A DNA stretch of 64,000 nt from an uncultured virus (IMG/VR IMGVR_UViG_3300036944_000487) (IMGVR_UViG_3300036944_000487); one strand, 5' to 3'. Counted from the stretch's first letter, positions 8,783 through 18,281 are shown. Translations and numbers: made by a program. Notes: a model not told the origin generated them from the sequence alone.

Positions 8783-9030
8783 GGGTAACAAAAGAGCAAC
8801 ATGAACCATGCAGGCAACACCTAACGTGTTGTTCTGTATGGCGTTTCTACCCCTTGTCCGTCCAGTCCATCATGGGCGCAATGCTCAGTTTCCACTCACT
8901 GGGAGAGTCTCTCTTCCCAGGAGAAACCAGGGTTTCCACTCCCGTCTCATTCCCGATCATTCCAGCCTTTTCCGTACCGTTTTGGAGCCTGGGGGTAACA
9001 TCCGGTGCAACAAAACCACCGTGTTACACC
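8782..9030. mobile_element. Putative attP for dusA integration
   Basis: dusA-like core (about 8856-8894) flanked by GG(G/T)G(T/C)AACA-type repeats, directly upstream of integrase. Confidence 0.8.
8847..8960 (-). pseudogene. dusA: Replacement 5' fragment of tRNA-dihydrouridine synthase A
   Basis: Minus-strand 37-codon ORF MIGNETGVETLVSPGKRDSPSEWKLSIAPMMDWTDKG*, containing the DusA N-terminal signature S.APM.DWTD. Confidence 0.85.
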
Positions 9031-9033
9031 ACC

Positions 9034-10098
9034 ATGGGCTCCATCCTTTCCCGTCAACGCAAGGACGGGACCGTAGGCTACACCGCCATCATCCGGATCA
9101 AGAAGGAAGGCAAGGTCATCCACACGGAGACCCAGACCTTCGATCGGGAGCAAGCCGCCAAGGCCTGGTTGAAGAAGCGAGAGACCGAGCTCTCCAAGCC
9201 AGGAGCTCTGACCAAGATCGAGGATCCTCTCCTGACCGAGGTCATCGACCAGTACAACCTGGAGAAGATCAAGCTTCACGGCAAGACCAAGACCCAGGTG
9301 CTAAAGACCATCCAGTCCAGCTCACTGGCTCAGAAACGATGCTCCCAGATCGGTAGCCCTGACCTGGTTGAGTTCGCAAAGAAGATCGCAGCGAGCCCTC
9401 AGACCCGTGGGAACTACATGTCTCACCTGGCTTCGGTCTTCTCAGTAGCCAGGCCCGCATGGGGGTACCCGCTGGACAGTCAAGCCATCGATGACGCTCG
9501 CATCGTGCTGCGCAAGCTAGGGCTCGTTACACGCTCTAAGGAGCGCCATAGGCGTCCTACTTTGGAGGAGCTGGATCTCCTCATGAATCATTACGAAACC
9601 ATGCAGCTCAAGCGAGGGGACTCCGTCCCGATGACCCGGATCATCCCCTTCGCCATCTTCTCCACTCGACGCCAGGAAGAGATCACCCGCATCACAGGCA
9701 AAGACCTGAATCGGGAGCACCTGGAGATCATCGTCCGTGACATGAAGAACCCTGGCGAAAAGGTTGGCAACGATGTTCGCACCACCCTCACCCCTGAGGC
9801 ACTGAAACTCATCGACCTTCAGCCCAAGACCGAAGGAATCATCTGGCCTCACAACGCCGGATCGATCAGTACCTCGTTCACTCGAGCGTGCACCCTGCTC
9901 GGGATCGAAGACCTCCATTTCCATGACCTTCGACATGACGGCATCAGCCGCTTGTTCGAGATGGGATGGACCATCCCTCAGGTGGCTTCTGTATCAGGAC
10001 ATCGCTCCTGGCAGTCACTCAAGCGATACACCCACATTAAGCAGACCGGTGACAAGTACGCCGGATGGAAGTGGCTAACTCCCATGACATGTGAGTAA
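9034..10098 (+). CDS. int: Tyrosine integrase, dusA-associated integrase type
   Basis: FSTRRQEEI, RDMKNP, HDLRH, SGH..W..LKRYT catalytic motifs; MGSI..R.RKDG...YTA.IR N-terminus; start placed at ATG 9034. Confidence 0.92.
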   Translation: MGSILSRQRKDGTVGYTAIIRIKKEGKVIHTETQTFDREQAAKAWLKKRETELSKPGALTKIEDPLLTEVIDQYNLEKIKLHGKTKTQVLKTIQSSSLAQKRCSQIGSPDLVEFAKKIAASPQTRGNYMSHLASVFSVARPAWGYPLDSQAIDDARIVLRKLGLVTRSKERHRRPTLEELDLLMNHYETMQLKRGDSVPMTRIIPFAIFSTRRQEEITRITGKDLNREHLEIIVRDMKNPGEKVGNDVRTTLTPEALKLIDLQPKTEGIIWPHNAGSISTSFTRACTLLGIEDLHFHDLRHDGISRLFEMGWTIPQVASVSGHRSWQSLKRYTHIKQTGDKYAGWKWLTPMTCE

Positions 10099-10125
10099 GT
10101 AATGCGCGTCCCCGCGCTTCGTGAC

Positions 10126-10151
10126 AAAGAGACCTGAGGGTCTCTTTTTTT
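10126..10151 (+). terminator. Intrinsic terminator after integrase
   Basis: AAAGAGACC-TGAG-GGTCTCTTT plus T-tract. Confidence 0.75.
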
Positions 10152-10168
10152 ATGCCCGAAAGGAAACC

Positions 10169-11329
10169 ATGAAGACCATACAGGACGCCTCTGAAGTCCA
10201 AGCCCAGAAGCAAGCTCTGGACAAAGCCAAGATCTGTCTGATGCAGAAGGACGACAGCGCCTTCTTCACCACGCTGTGCTTCTCCCTGAAGCAACGCTTC
10301 GATGACGGCCATCCCACGGCCTACACCGATGGTCGAACCATCACCTGGAATCCCAAGTTCTTCATGAAGGATCTTGTGGACATCGAGGAGCGTGTGTTCC
10401 TGATGCTCCACGAGACACTGCATTGCGCCTACCTCCACACGGTGCGAGTGCAGCCTGGCATGTGTCGTGACCGAGCCAATATCGCCATGGATCACGTCAT
10501 CAACCTCCAGCTCGTCGAGCGGGGTTTCAAGATGCCGACCAAGGTACCAGGCCACGCAGATCCCCAGTTCAAAGGGATGTGCTGGGAAGAGGTCTACAAG
10601 CTCCTCCCTGACAACCCTGGCAAGCCCCAGATGCAAGACCTGGGAGATCCTGCAGAAGGACTCTCCGGTGACGAGAAGAACGCAGCAGCCACCCTGCTGG
10701 AAGAAGAGATGCAGGAGATCCTGGTTCGTGCAGCAGTCCAGTCCAAGCTGTCGAACGACAAGCCGGGAACCATCCCCCAGGACATCCAGATCTTCCTGAA
10801 CGGTCTGCTGAATCCCCAGCTCCCCTGGAACCGGATCCTGCAGAAGTACCTGCACAGCTACGCCAAGAACGACTACTCGTTCCGCAAGCCCAACCGCAGG
10901 TTCTTTCCCAAGTACCACCTGCCTTCCATGTTCTCGGAGTCCCTCATGGACCTGAGCATTGCGGTGGACATCTCCGGCTCCGTCAGCACCAAGGACTTCC
11001 ACGTCTTCGTGTCCGAAGTGGCTTCCATTCTCCGGATGATGAAGCCCAAGAAGATCACGCTGATCCAGTTTGATACCGAGCTCAAGTCGGTGGATACGGT
11101 AGGGACCATCAAGGATCTGATGGCCATCAAGTTCAAAGGACGAGGTGGCACTGACATCACGCCTGTTCTCGAATGGGCCAACGTCAACAAGCCTCAGCTC
11201 CTAATGGTCTTCACGGACGGTCACTTCAAGTTCCCGACGCTGGATACCAAGCGCAACACGCTCTGGCTCATCCACAACAACCAGAAGTTCGTACCTCCCT
11301 TCGGGAAGGCCATCCACTACAAGATCTAG
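10169..11329 (+). CDS. Metallopeptidase-vWA protein (N4 gp25-like)
   Basis: TAYTDG, HETLH, NIAMD..IN, vWA DISGS, GRGGTD, FTDG; AAGGA RBS before ATG 10169. Confidence 0.88.
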   Translation: MKTIQDASEVQAQKQALDKAKICLMQKDDSAFFTTLCFSLKQRFDDGHPTAYTDGRTITWNPKFFMKDLVDIEERVFLMLHETLHCAYLHTVRVQPGMCRDRANIAMDHVINLQLVERGFKMPTKVPGHADPQFKGMCWEEVYKLLPDNPGKPQMQDLGDPAEGLSGDEKNAAATLLEEEMQEILVRAAVQSKLSNDKPGTIPQDIQIFLNGLLNPQLPWNRILQKYLHSYAKNDYSFRKPNRRFFPKYHLPSMFSESLMDLSIAVDISGSVSTKDFHVFVSEVASILRMMKPKKITLIQFDTELKSVDTVGTIKDLMAIKFKGRGGTDITPVLEWANVNKPQLLMVFTDGHFKFPTLDTKRNTLWLIHNNQKFVPPFGKAIHYKI

Positions 11330-11337
11330 GAGTCGAG

Positions 11338-11511
11338 ATGAAGTTCGAAGTCAAGCTCACATTGACGATTGAAGCCGAGTCCCAGTCCGCAGCCTATGAC
11401 ATAGGCGTGGAAGCTGCAGAGCACTTGAACGACACGTTCAACGACAACGGCAGTCTCGCCCCATTCATGTTGATTCAAGTCTCAGAAGGAAATTCCCATG
11501 GACATCACTGA
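11338..11511 (+). CDS. hypothetical protein
   Basis: AGGAG RBS, 57 aa. Confidence 0.5.
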   Translation: MKFEVKLTLTIEAESQSAAYDIGVEAAEHLNDTFNDNGSLAPFMLIQVSEGNSHGHH

Positions 11512-11824
11512 AGCCACCAAGAAAGTCCGAACCGAGAAGCTCAAGGACAACCTCATGATCCTGGAGTTCAGTTACGACCACAAGATCATCCTGCCCCACA
11601 AGGACGGATCCACCATCCTGACTGCACTGCTCAATGCAGAGCGTCTGAAGGAATCCTACGGAACCACAACCCGGATCACCGAGATCGAGCGGGACAGGAT
11701 CAAGGTCCAAACCATGTCGTACTCCGAGTACGAACGCATCAAAATCGCTGCTCTCCTCGGCCTCTCACCTGACGAGGTGCTGGAAATGATGGAAGCGACT
11801 AACAAACCAGCCACCACATCATGA
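11498..11824 (+). CDS. hypothetical protein
   Basis: Coupled to helicase start. Confidence 0.65.
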   Translation: MDITEATKKVRTEKLKDNLMILEFSYDHKIILPHKDGSTILTALLNAERLKESYGTTTRITEIERDRIKVQTMSYSEYERIKIAALLGLSPDEVLEMMEATNKPATTS

Positions 11825-13083
11825 CCACCGACACCCTCGACAGCATCGTCCTGACTGCAGACCAGAACACTGCACTGGACGCCCTCTTCCTCTTCCTCAT
11901 CGACCCCGTGGAAACGGTGTTCGTTCTGTCTGGGTACTCCGGCTGTGGCAAGTCCACCCTGGTTCGTACCCTGCTGGATCAGATGCCCAACTACATCCGG
12001 ACAGCCAAGCTCATCAACCCGAGCCAGAAAGAGTTCAGCACCCAGCTCACAGCCACCACCAACAAGGCTGCAGAAAACCTGTACCAGATCACCGGACACG
12101 AGGTGTGCACCATTCACTCGTTCCTGGGTCTGCGGGTGGAGACCGACTACCGGACCAACGTCAGCAAACTGGTGGCTCGACAGAACTTCACCTGCCCAGA
12201 AGACACTGTGGTCTTCATCGACGAGGCCTCCTACGTCGATCGCCAGCTCCTGGACATGATCTTCAAGCGTACCCACAACTGCAAGATCGTCTTCATCGGT
12301 GACCCGGCTCAACTGACTCCCGTCAAAGCCACCAGTGCACCTGTGTTCGAAGCAGGCTTTACCGGAGCTGCTCTGACCACTGTGGTGCGTCAGGCTGAAG
12401 GCAATCCCATCGTGGACTTGTCCACCAAGTTCCGTCACACGGTGAACACCGGGGAGTTCTTCGGGTTCACTCCCGATGGACACCACATCCGGCGACTGGA
12501 TCGGGCAGCTTTCAACCAGGCCATCGAAGACGAGTTCACTCGTCCCGATTGGAAGTACGCAGACTCCAAGATCCTGGCCTGGACAAACAAGTGCGTCATT
12601 GGCTACAACCAGTACGTCCGCAACTTGGCTAAGGGAGATCCGCACTTCCAGGCTGGCGACTATGCGGTCTGCAACTCGTTCCTGACGCTAGGTCGCAGCA
12701 GCATCAAGACTGACCAGCTGGTTCAGATCACCCGGATCGAAAAAGACAGTGATCACTACGATGTGCCAGGCAACTGGATGACGATCGATCACGGCATGCG
12801 AGTATTCCAACCCCGAAGCCTGCAAGAGAAGAACAACCGTCTCAAGCTGGCTCGTGCACAAGATGACTTCCACACCGTTTCTGTGATCGAGTCTTCCTGG
12901 ATCGATCTCCGTGGAGCCTATGCCTGCACCATCAACAAGGCACAAGGTTCCACCTTCGGATCGGTCTTCATCGATCTCGATGACGTAGGTGGCTGCAACA
13001 GCGGTGACCAGATTGCCCGCATGCTCTATGTGGGTGTTTCCCGAGCCAAAAACCATGTCTATCTGACGGGTGACTTGGCTTAA
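11821..13083 (+). CDS. Dda/RecD-like SF1 DNA helicase
   Basis: GYSGCGKS, DEAS, GDPAQL, TINKAQGST, YVGVSRA. Confidence 0.92.
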   Translation: MTTDTLDSIVLTADQNTALDALFLFLIDPVETVFVLSGYSGCGKSTLVRTLLDQMPNYIRTAKLINPSQKEFSTQLTATTNKAAENLYQITGHEVCTIHSFLGLRVETDYRTNVSKLVARQNFTCPEDTVVFIDEASYVDRQLLDMIFKRTHNCKIVFIGDPAQLTPVKATSAPVFEAGFTGAALTTVVRQAEGNPIVDLSTKFRHTVNTGEFFGFTPDGHHIRRLDRAAFNQAIEDEFTRPDWKYADSKILAWTNKCVIGYNQYVRNLAKGDPHFQAGDYAVCNSFLTLGRSSIKTDQLVQITRIEKDSDHYDVPGNWMTIDHGMRVFQPRSLQEKNNRLKLARAQDDFHTVSVIESSWIDLRGAYACTINKAQGSTFGSVFIDLDDVGGCNSGDQIARMLYVGVSRAKNHVYLTGDLA

Positions 13084-13099
13084 CAACCAAGTCTCCATC

Positions 13100-13615
13100 A
13101 TGGAAAAGCTCGAGTACGACCCTTACACCAAGTCCAAGATCAAGGATGCTCTGTATTCCTTCCTCTATGAGCCAGTCCAGAAGCAATTCAGGACTCGGCT
13201 CGAGACTCTGGTGATTCGCAATACGGTAATGGGTGGCTACGGCCACAAGCATTTCTCCTACAAGGGGGTTACCTATAATTGCGACGTGACTGCACCACCT
13301 CTTCGAAAGAATCGTCTGGTGCCTGCACTGAGGGCCACCATGGACGAGTATCTCGAGGAAGTGGAGCAACTCAACAACCACGAGTTGCCCTATGTCCTGG
13401 GATTCATCAACCAGGTGCTCAACTCCTCCCCCGACCTGACCGACTATCTCAGGATCTTTCCTGAGTCGGTGCACCACCCGCTCACCAAGATGATGGCCAC
13501 CTGCCCTTGCAGGAACACCAGCCTTCCAGATGAACGTGTGCTGCATCTCCAGTCGAAGAACCAGGCACCAATCGACATGATGCGGCAGCGCCTTGTCATG
13601 AACCTGCTGCTCTGA
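13100..13615 (+). CDS. conserved N4-like protein between helicase and DNA polymerase
   Basis: Synteny; start uncertain (GTG 13070 or ATG 13100). Confidence 0.7.
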   Translation: MEKLEYDPYTKSKIKDALYSFLYEPVQKQFRTRLETLVIRNTVMGGYGHKHFSYKGVTYNCDVTAPPLRKNRLVPALRATMDEYLEEVEQLNNHELPYVLGFINQVLNSSPDLTDYLRIFPESVHHPLTKMMATCPCRNTSLPDERVLHLQSKNQAPIDMMRQRLVMNLLL

Positions 13616-13625
13616 AGGAATCCTC

Positions 13626-13826
13626 ATGGACACCAACACAAAGCTCACTCTCAAGTCTTGCGGCTGCACGCAATGCCGCCGAGGCCAAGCCAGTGAGAAC
13701 GGACATGTTCAGCGCAAGCTGGAACAACGTGCTCACCGGCATCAAGCCAAGGCAACGCTCAAGCGTTACCAAGACGAAGACAGTGACGTTCCTGTGGGTG
13801 CCCTGTACGGCAGCTACACCGACTGA
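13626..13826 (+). CDS. hypothetical protein (CxCxxC)
   Basis: AAGGA RBS, 66 aa. Confidence 0.6.
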   Translation: MDTNTKLTLKSCGCTQCRRGQASENGHVQRKLEQRAHRHQAKATLKRYQDEDSDVPVGALYGSYTD

Positions 13827-13833
13827 AAGACCT

Positions 13834-14007
13834 ATGTCAACTCTTCTCGTGATATGGACCTTGGTTGGTTCAGGATACATGCGCCAAGATACCTACGACT
13901 GGCGACCAATAGGTGATTTCAATGGGCAAAGCTCGTGCCTTAAAGCCGCAGCAAAACTCAACTTGAAACCCAACCTGTTCCGTTGCATTAACAAGAACGG
14001 GGAATGA
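13834..14007 (+). CDS. hypothetical protein
   Basis: Fills gap; hydrophobic N-terminus, F.....C..AA...C pattern. Confidence 0.55.
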   Translation: MSTLLVIWTLVGSGYMRQDTYDWRPIGDFNGQSSCLKAAAKLNLKPNLFRCINKNGE

Positions 14008-14011
14008 TCAA

Positions 14012-16648
14012 ATGCGCCACATCCTCTGGGAAGACCATCCGACCTACAGCACAGCCGTGCTGGTGAAGGCCTCCTCCTTCAACAGGCAGGAGATCGAGAA
14101 CAACTACATCAACCCACTGGATCAGCTCGGCCTTTTTCGCAAGGATCTGATCGCCTTCACGCTCGAGTACAACGATGTGGGCAAAGCACCTGCCACGTTC
14201 ATCAAGGACTACCTGGCCAAGCTCCTGTCAGCACTCCAGTCCCTGAGTACCACCTGGCTCTACGTCACCGACAGTGCCTACTTCAAGGTACTGACGGGAC
14301 AAGCCAAAGCTGAACCCCACTTTGGCTATGTGCTGCCCTGCAAGATCAAGGGCTACGAGCACATGCAAGTGGTTCTGGGCATGAACTTCCATGCCCTGAT
14401 CTACAACCCGGAGCTCCAAGCCAAGCTCGACCTGAGCCTGAAGACCCTGGCGAATTCCGTCCAAGGCACCTACCAGCCTCTGGGTCGGGGGATCATTCAC
14501 TCGGCACAGTACCCAAAAGGCCTCAAATCGATCCAGGAGGCTCTGGAAGCACTGCACCAGTATCCGAGGCTCACCGCAGACATTGAGGCCTTCTCGCTGG
14601 CTTTTGACAAGGCTGGCATTGGCACCATCAGCTTCGCCTGGGACCAGCACAACGGGATCGCCTTCCCCTGTGATTACAAACCCTACTCAGACGGGGCTCA
14701 GGCGGTTTACACAACAACAGGGGAAGGACCATTCGCGGGGTACTTCCATGCAAACCAGGCTGTCCGTGCTCTGCTGAAGAACTTCCTGGAGACCTACAAG
14801 GGAGAGCTCACCTGGCACAGCGGTGGCTATGACGTGAAGGTCATCATCTACACCTTGTGGATGAAGAACGGTCTTGACACTGAAGGGCTGCTCAAAGGCC
14901 TGGAAGTGATGACCCGATCGATCCAGGATACGAAGATCATCGCCTACCTGGCCACCAACTCCACCGCAGGCAATGTGCTGGGCCTCAAGGCTCTGGCTCA
15001 TGAGTTTGCTGGGAACTGGGCTGTGGAGGTCAAGGACATCCGCAAGGTACCTCTGGACAAGCTCCTTGAGTACAACCTGATAGATGCACTCTCGACCGCC
15101 TACGTGCGGGAGAAGTACACCCCGATCATGGTGGCTGACCAGCAAGAGGAGCTGTACTACGGCCTGATGCTGCCCAGCATGAAGCTCATCCTCCAGATGG
15201 AGCTCACAGGCATGCCTCTGGATCCTGTCAAGGTGGTAGAGGTCAGAGCCAAGCTGGAAAGGATTCGGGATGGTCACCTTGATGTGATCATCAACTCCAA
15301 GCTGATCCAGGCTTTCAACCTGATCCACCGACAGACTGCGATGGAGGAAGCCAACGCCAAGCTGAAGGTAAAGCAACATCCGCTGTCTCACTTCGATGAC
15401 AAGGTGTTCAACCCGAACTCCGGTCCTCAGCTGCAGCGTCTGCTGTACGACCAGATGGGGCTTCCGAAGATCGACTTTACCGAGACCAAGCAACCTGCGA
15501 CCGGTGCCGACACGATCGAGAAGCTGATCAACCATACCCAAGAGCCGACCTTCAAGTCTCTCCTGGCTGCGTTGATCGGCTACGGCAAAGCCAGCAAGAT
15601 CCTGTCGACGTTCATTCCTGCCTTCGAACAGGCAATCGAGAAGGGTGATGGAGTCGTCTGGCTCCATGGCAGCTTCAACCTGGGTGGAACCGTCTCCGGC
15701 CGGTTGTCAAGCAGTGATCCCAACCTGCAGAACATCCCAGCCAACTCGGTCTACGCCAAGCTCATCAAAGAGTGCTTCGTGGGACCACCAGGCTGGTTGT
15801 TCTGTGGTGCGGACTTCAACTCGTTGGAGGACATGATCTCGGCTCTGACGACCAAGGATTCAAACAAGATCGCTGTCTACACCAAAGGCTTTGACGGACA
15901 TTCACTAAGAGCTGCGTACTACTTCAAAGACAAGCTGGCACACATTGATGTGACTGACCCCAAGTCAGTCAACTCAATCAAGAAAACTCATCCCGATCTA
16001 CGGCAAGACTCAAAAGCACCGACGTTCCTCCTTACCTATGGGGGGACATACCACGGAATGATGAGCAACCTGGGTTGGGATGAGGACACCAGCAAATCCA
16101 TAGAAGCCAACTACCATGAGCTCTACAAAGAGTCTGACAAGTACACAGAAGACCGGCTCAAGCAAGCCACCAAGGATGGATTCGTCACCGTAGCCTTCGG
16201 GCTCAGGGTGAGGACGCCTCTCCTTGGCCAGGTGGTCTGGGGTAGCCGGATGCCGTACGAGGCGTCAGCCGAAGGACGGACAGCCGGTAATGCCATGGGT
16301 CAGTCCTATGGTCTCCTCAACAACCGTGCTGCAGTGGACTTCATGAAGAAGGTGTGGGCCTCCCCATACCGACTCGACATCAAGCCAGTGGCCCTTATTC
16401 ACGACGCAATTTATGTCCTGGTGCGGGATCGCTCCGATGTCATGGAGTTCGCCAACCGTGAGCTCATCAAGTCCATGCAGTGGCAAGAGCTCTCTGAAAT
16501 CCAGCACCCCACTGTGAAGCTCGGTGCTGCACTCGACATCTTTTGGCCCAACTGGGCCAAAGCAACCACCCTCCCCAACGGTGCGAACCGCGAGGAGATC
16601 TTCGACATCTGTCAAGCCACCAAAGAAGAACTCCTGGCTGTGGCGTAA
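14012..16648 (+). CDS. DNA polymerase, family A, with 3'-5' exonuclease
   Basis: DIE exo I, TVSGRLSSSDPNLQN, motif A DFNSLE, motif B RQDSK...F..TYG, motif C IHDA. Confidence 0.95.
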   Translation: MRHILWEDHPTYSTAVLVKASSFNRQEIENNYINPLDQLGLFRKDLIAFTLEYNDVGKAPATFIKDYLAKLLSALQSLSTTWLYVTDSAYFKVLTGQAKAEPHFGYVLPCKIKGYEHMQVVLGMNFHALIYNPELQAKLDLSLKTLANSVQGTYQPLGRGIIHSAQYPKGLKSIQEALEALHQYPRLTADIEAFSLAFDKAGIGTISFAWDQHNGIAFPCDYKPYSDGAQAVYTTTGEGPFAGYFHANQAVRALLKNFLETYKGELTWHSGGYDVKVIIYTLWMKNGLDTEGLLKGLEVMTRSIQDTKIIAYLATNSTAGNVLGLKALAHEFAGNWAVEVKDIRKVPLDKLLEYNLIDALSTAYVREKYTPIMVADQQEELYYGLMLPSMKLILQMELTGMPLDPVKVVEVRAKLERIRDGHLDVIINSKLIQAFNLIHRQTAMEEANAKLKVKQHPLSHFDDKVFNPNSGPQLQRLLYDQMGLPKIDFTETKQPATGADTIEKLINHTQEPTFKSLLAALIGYGKASKILSTFIPAFEQAIEKGDGVVWLHGSFNLGGTVSGRLSSSDPNLQNIPANSVYAKLIKECFVGPPGWLFCGADFNSLEDMISALTTKDSNKIAVYTKGFDGHSLRAAYYFKDKLAHIDVTDPKSVNSIKKTHPDLRQDSKAPTFLLTYGGTYHGMMSNLGWDEDTSKSIEANYHELYKESDKYTEDRLKQATKDGFVTVAFGLRVRTPLLGQVVWGSRMPYEASAEGRTAGNAMGQSYGLLNNRAAVDFMKKVWASPYRLDIKPVALIHDAIYVLVRDRSDVMEFANRELIKSMQWQELSEIQHPTVKLGAALDIFWPNWAKATTLPNGANREEIFDICQATKEELLAVA

Positions 16649-16657
16649 GGAACTTTC

Positions 16658-16846
16658 ATGCAAAACCAAGTCAGCCCCGCAACTCAAGCATCTCCTCAAC
16701 ACCTGGTGCTCAACATCCACCCTGTGCGCTACTTCACTACCCGTGAAGAAGCTCGTCAGTACTGCGCTGAGATCGGTGTCCCCCAGTCGGTGATCAACAA
16801 AAACACCTACTACTTCGCACCCAAGAGCAAGCGCTGGTTCGTCTGA
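16658..16846 (+). CDS. small protein matching the C-terminal domain of the next gene
   Basis: AAGGA RBS; YFTTREEARQYC...KRW.V motif. Confidence 0.7.
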   Translation: MQNQVSPATQASPQHLVLNIHPVRYFTTREEARQYCAEIGVPQSVINKNTYYFAPKSKRWFV

Positions 16847-16908
16847 TCGAGCAGTAACCCTCTTCGCCTCGAATTCAGAGGCACCCAGCAAACCCTGTTC
16901 CCCCAACC

Positions 16909-16935
16909 GGCTCCCATGTGGAGCCTTTTTTCTTT
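16909..16935 (+). terminator. Intrinsic terminator
   Basis: GGCTCC-CATGT-GGAGCC plus T-tract. Confidence 0.7.
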
Positions 16936-16953
16936 CCAAAAGCGCTACTACCT

Positions 16954-18234
16954 ATGAAGAACTACATCAACTTCGTCAACGACCACTCGGGTTCGATGGC
17001 TGACCTGGCTACTGCCGCTGCCAAAGACTTCAACACCAACATCGAAGCCGTGAAGAACGCAGCTTCCCAAGAGATGCTGGATACCGTGGTGTCGGTGGTC
17101 GAAGTGGACGGCCACAGCAACCCTCTGAGCGTCACCGTTTCCAACCCCCACGTCCTCAAGCCCGTCACCAACTGGCGAGCTGAAAGCCGCACTCCGCTGT
17201 GGGGCAGCACTGCCAAGCTGATCGACATGCTCCTGTCGCTGCCGGACATCCGTAAGGATGATGTGTCGGTGCTGGTCATGATGACCACGGACGGTGAAGC
17301 CACAGACGGTGTCACGGCTCTGAACAATCTGCGTCAGAAGATGGCTCCGCTGCTGGCCACCGGTCGCTGGACTTTCGTGGCTCGAGTGCCCAAGAACCTG
17401 GGACGAGACCACCAGCAGAACCTGCTGTCGCTGGGCATCCCGGAAGGCAACCTTCAGTCGTGGGACACCACTGCTGCTGGTATGGCCGTCTCGACGGCTC
17501 AGACCACCGCAGCCATGGGCAGCTACTTCGCTGGTCGCAGCGCAGGTGTGAAGGCCACTAGTTCGTTCTACGCCAACGCTGCAGCGGTCAACCTGGCTCT
17601 CCTGGAGGACATCTCCAAGAAAGTCAGCCTGTACGTGGTTCCGATGGAGGACAACGGTGTCGAGATCCGTCCGTTCATCCTACGTCACCGCATGGACTAC
17701 CTGAAGGGTGCTGCGTTCTACCAGCTCAGCAAGACGGAATCCAAGGTGTCGTACACCAAGCAAGTCCTGGTGCGGGATCAAGCCAGCGGCAAGATCTTCG
17801 CTGGTGCACAGGCTCGCAGCATGATCGGTCTGCCGAGCGATCGCAATGCACGTCTCCACCCCGGTGACCACAAGGCCTACGACATCTTCATCCAGAGCGA
17901 GTCGGTGAACCGCAAGCTCGTCGGTGGCTCGGGTGTCATCTACTGGAAGGAGATCGGTGTTCCGTTCACGGAAGCTGATCTGGCCTACCTACAACCCAAG
18001 GTGGTCGCAGCTGCTCCGGCTCCGGTGCAACTGATCTCCGTCCCGGTGACCAACCGTCCGACCAAGAGCCCGATCCCGGTGACTCCGATGCGGGCGTACT
18101 TCGAGACCCGTGAAGAAGCCCGTCAGTACTGTGGTGCCAACGGCATCGTCCAGTCCCTGATCGAGAAGCAGATGAGCCCCATCAAGGGCAAGCGCTGGGC
18201 AGTGCCTGCTGCACGTCAAGCCATGACAGCGTAA
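16954..18234 (+). CDS. vWA-domain protein
   Basis: MIDAS DHSGSM, TPL, TDGE; start placed at ATG 16954. Confidence 0.8.
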   Translation: MKNYINFVNDHSGSMADLATAAAKDFNTNIEAVKNAASQEMLDTVVSVVEVDGHSNPLSVTVSNPHVLKPVTNWRAESRTPLWGSTAKLIDMLLSLPDIRKDDVSVLVMMTTDGEATDGVTALNNLRQKMAPLLATGRWTFVARVPKNLGRDHQQNLLSLGIPEGNLQSWDTTAAGMAVSTAQTTAAMGSYFAGRSAGVKATSSFYANAAAVNLALLEDISKKVSLYVVPMEDNGVEIRPFILRHRMDYLKGAAFYQLSKTESKVSYTKQVLVRDQASGKIFAGAQARSMIGLPSDRNARLHPGDHKAYDIFIQSESVNRKLVGGSGVIYWKEIGVPFTEADLAYLQPKVVAAAPAPVQLISVPVTNRPTKSPIPVTPMRAYFETREEARQYCGANGIVQSLIEKQMSPIKGKRWAVPAARQAMTA

Positions 18235-18255
18235 GTAGCTGTCGCAACGAGAGAA

Positions 18256-18281
18256 GCCCACTTCGGTGGGCCTTCTTCTTT
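18256..18281 (+). terminator. Terminator with UUCG tetraloop
   Basis: GCCCAC-TTCG-GTGGGC plus pyrimidine tail. Confidence 0.65.

Noticed and set aside
8854..9033. 60-aa N-terminal extension of the integrase in the ORF track
   Set aside because: It runs across attP antisense to the dusA fragment; family-like sequence begins at ATG 9034
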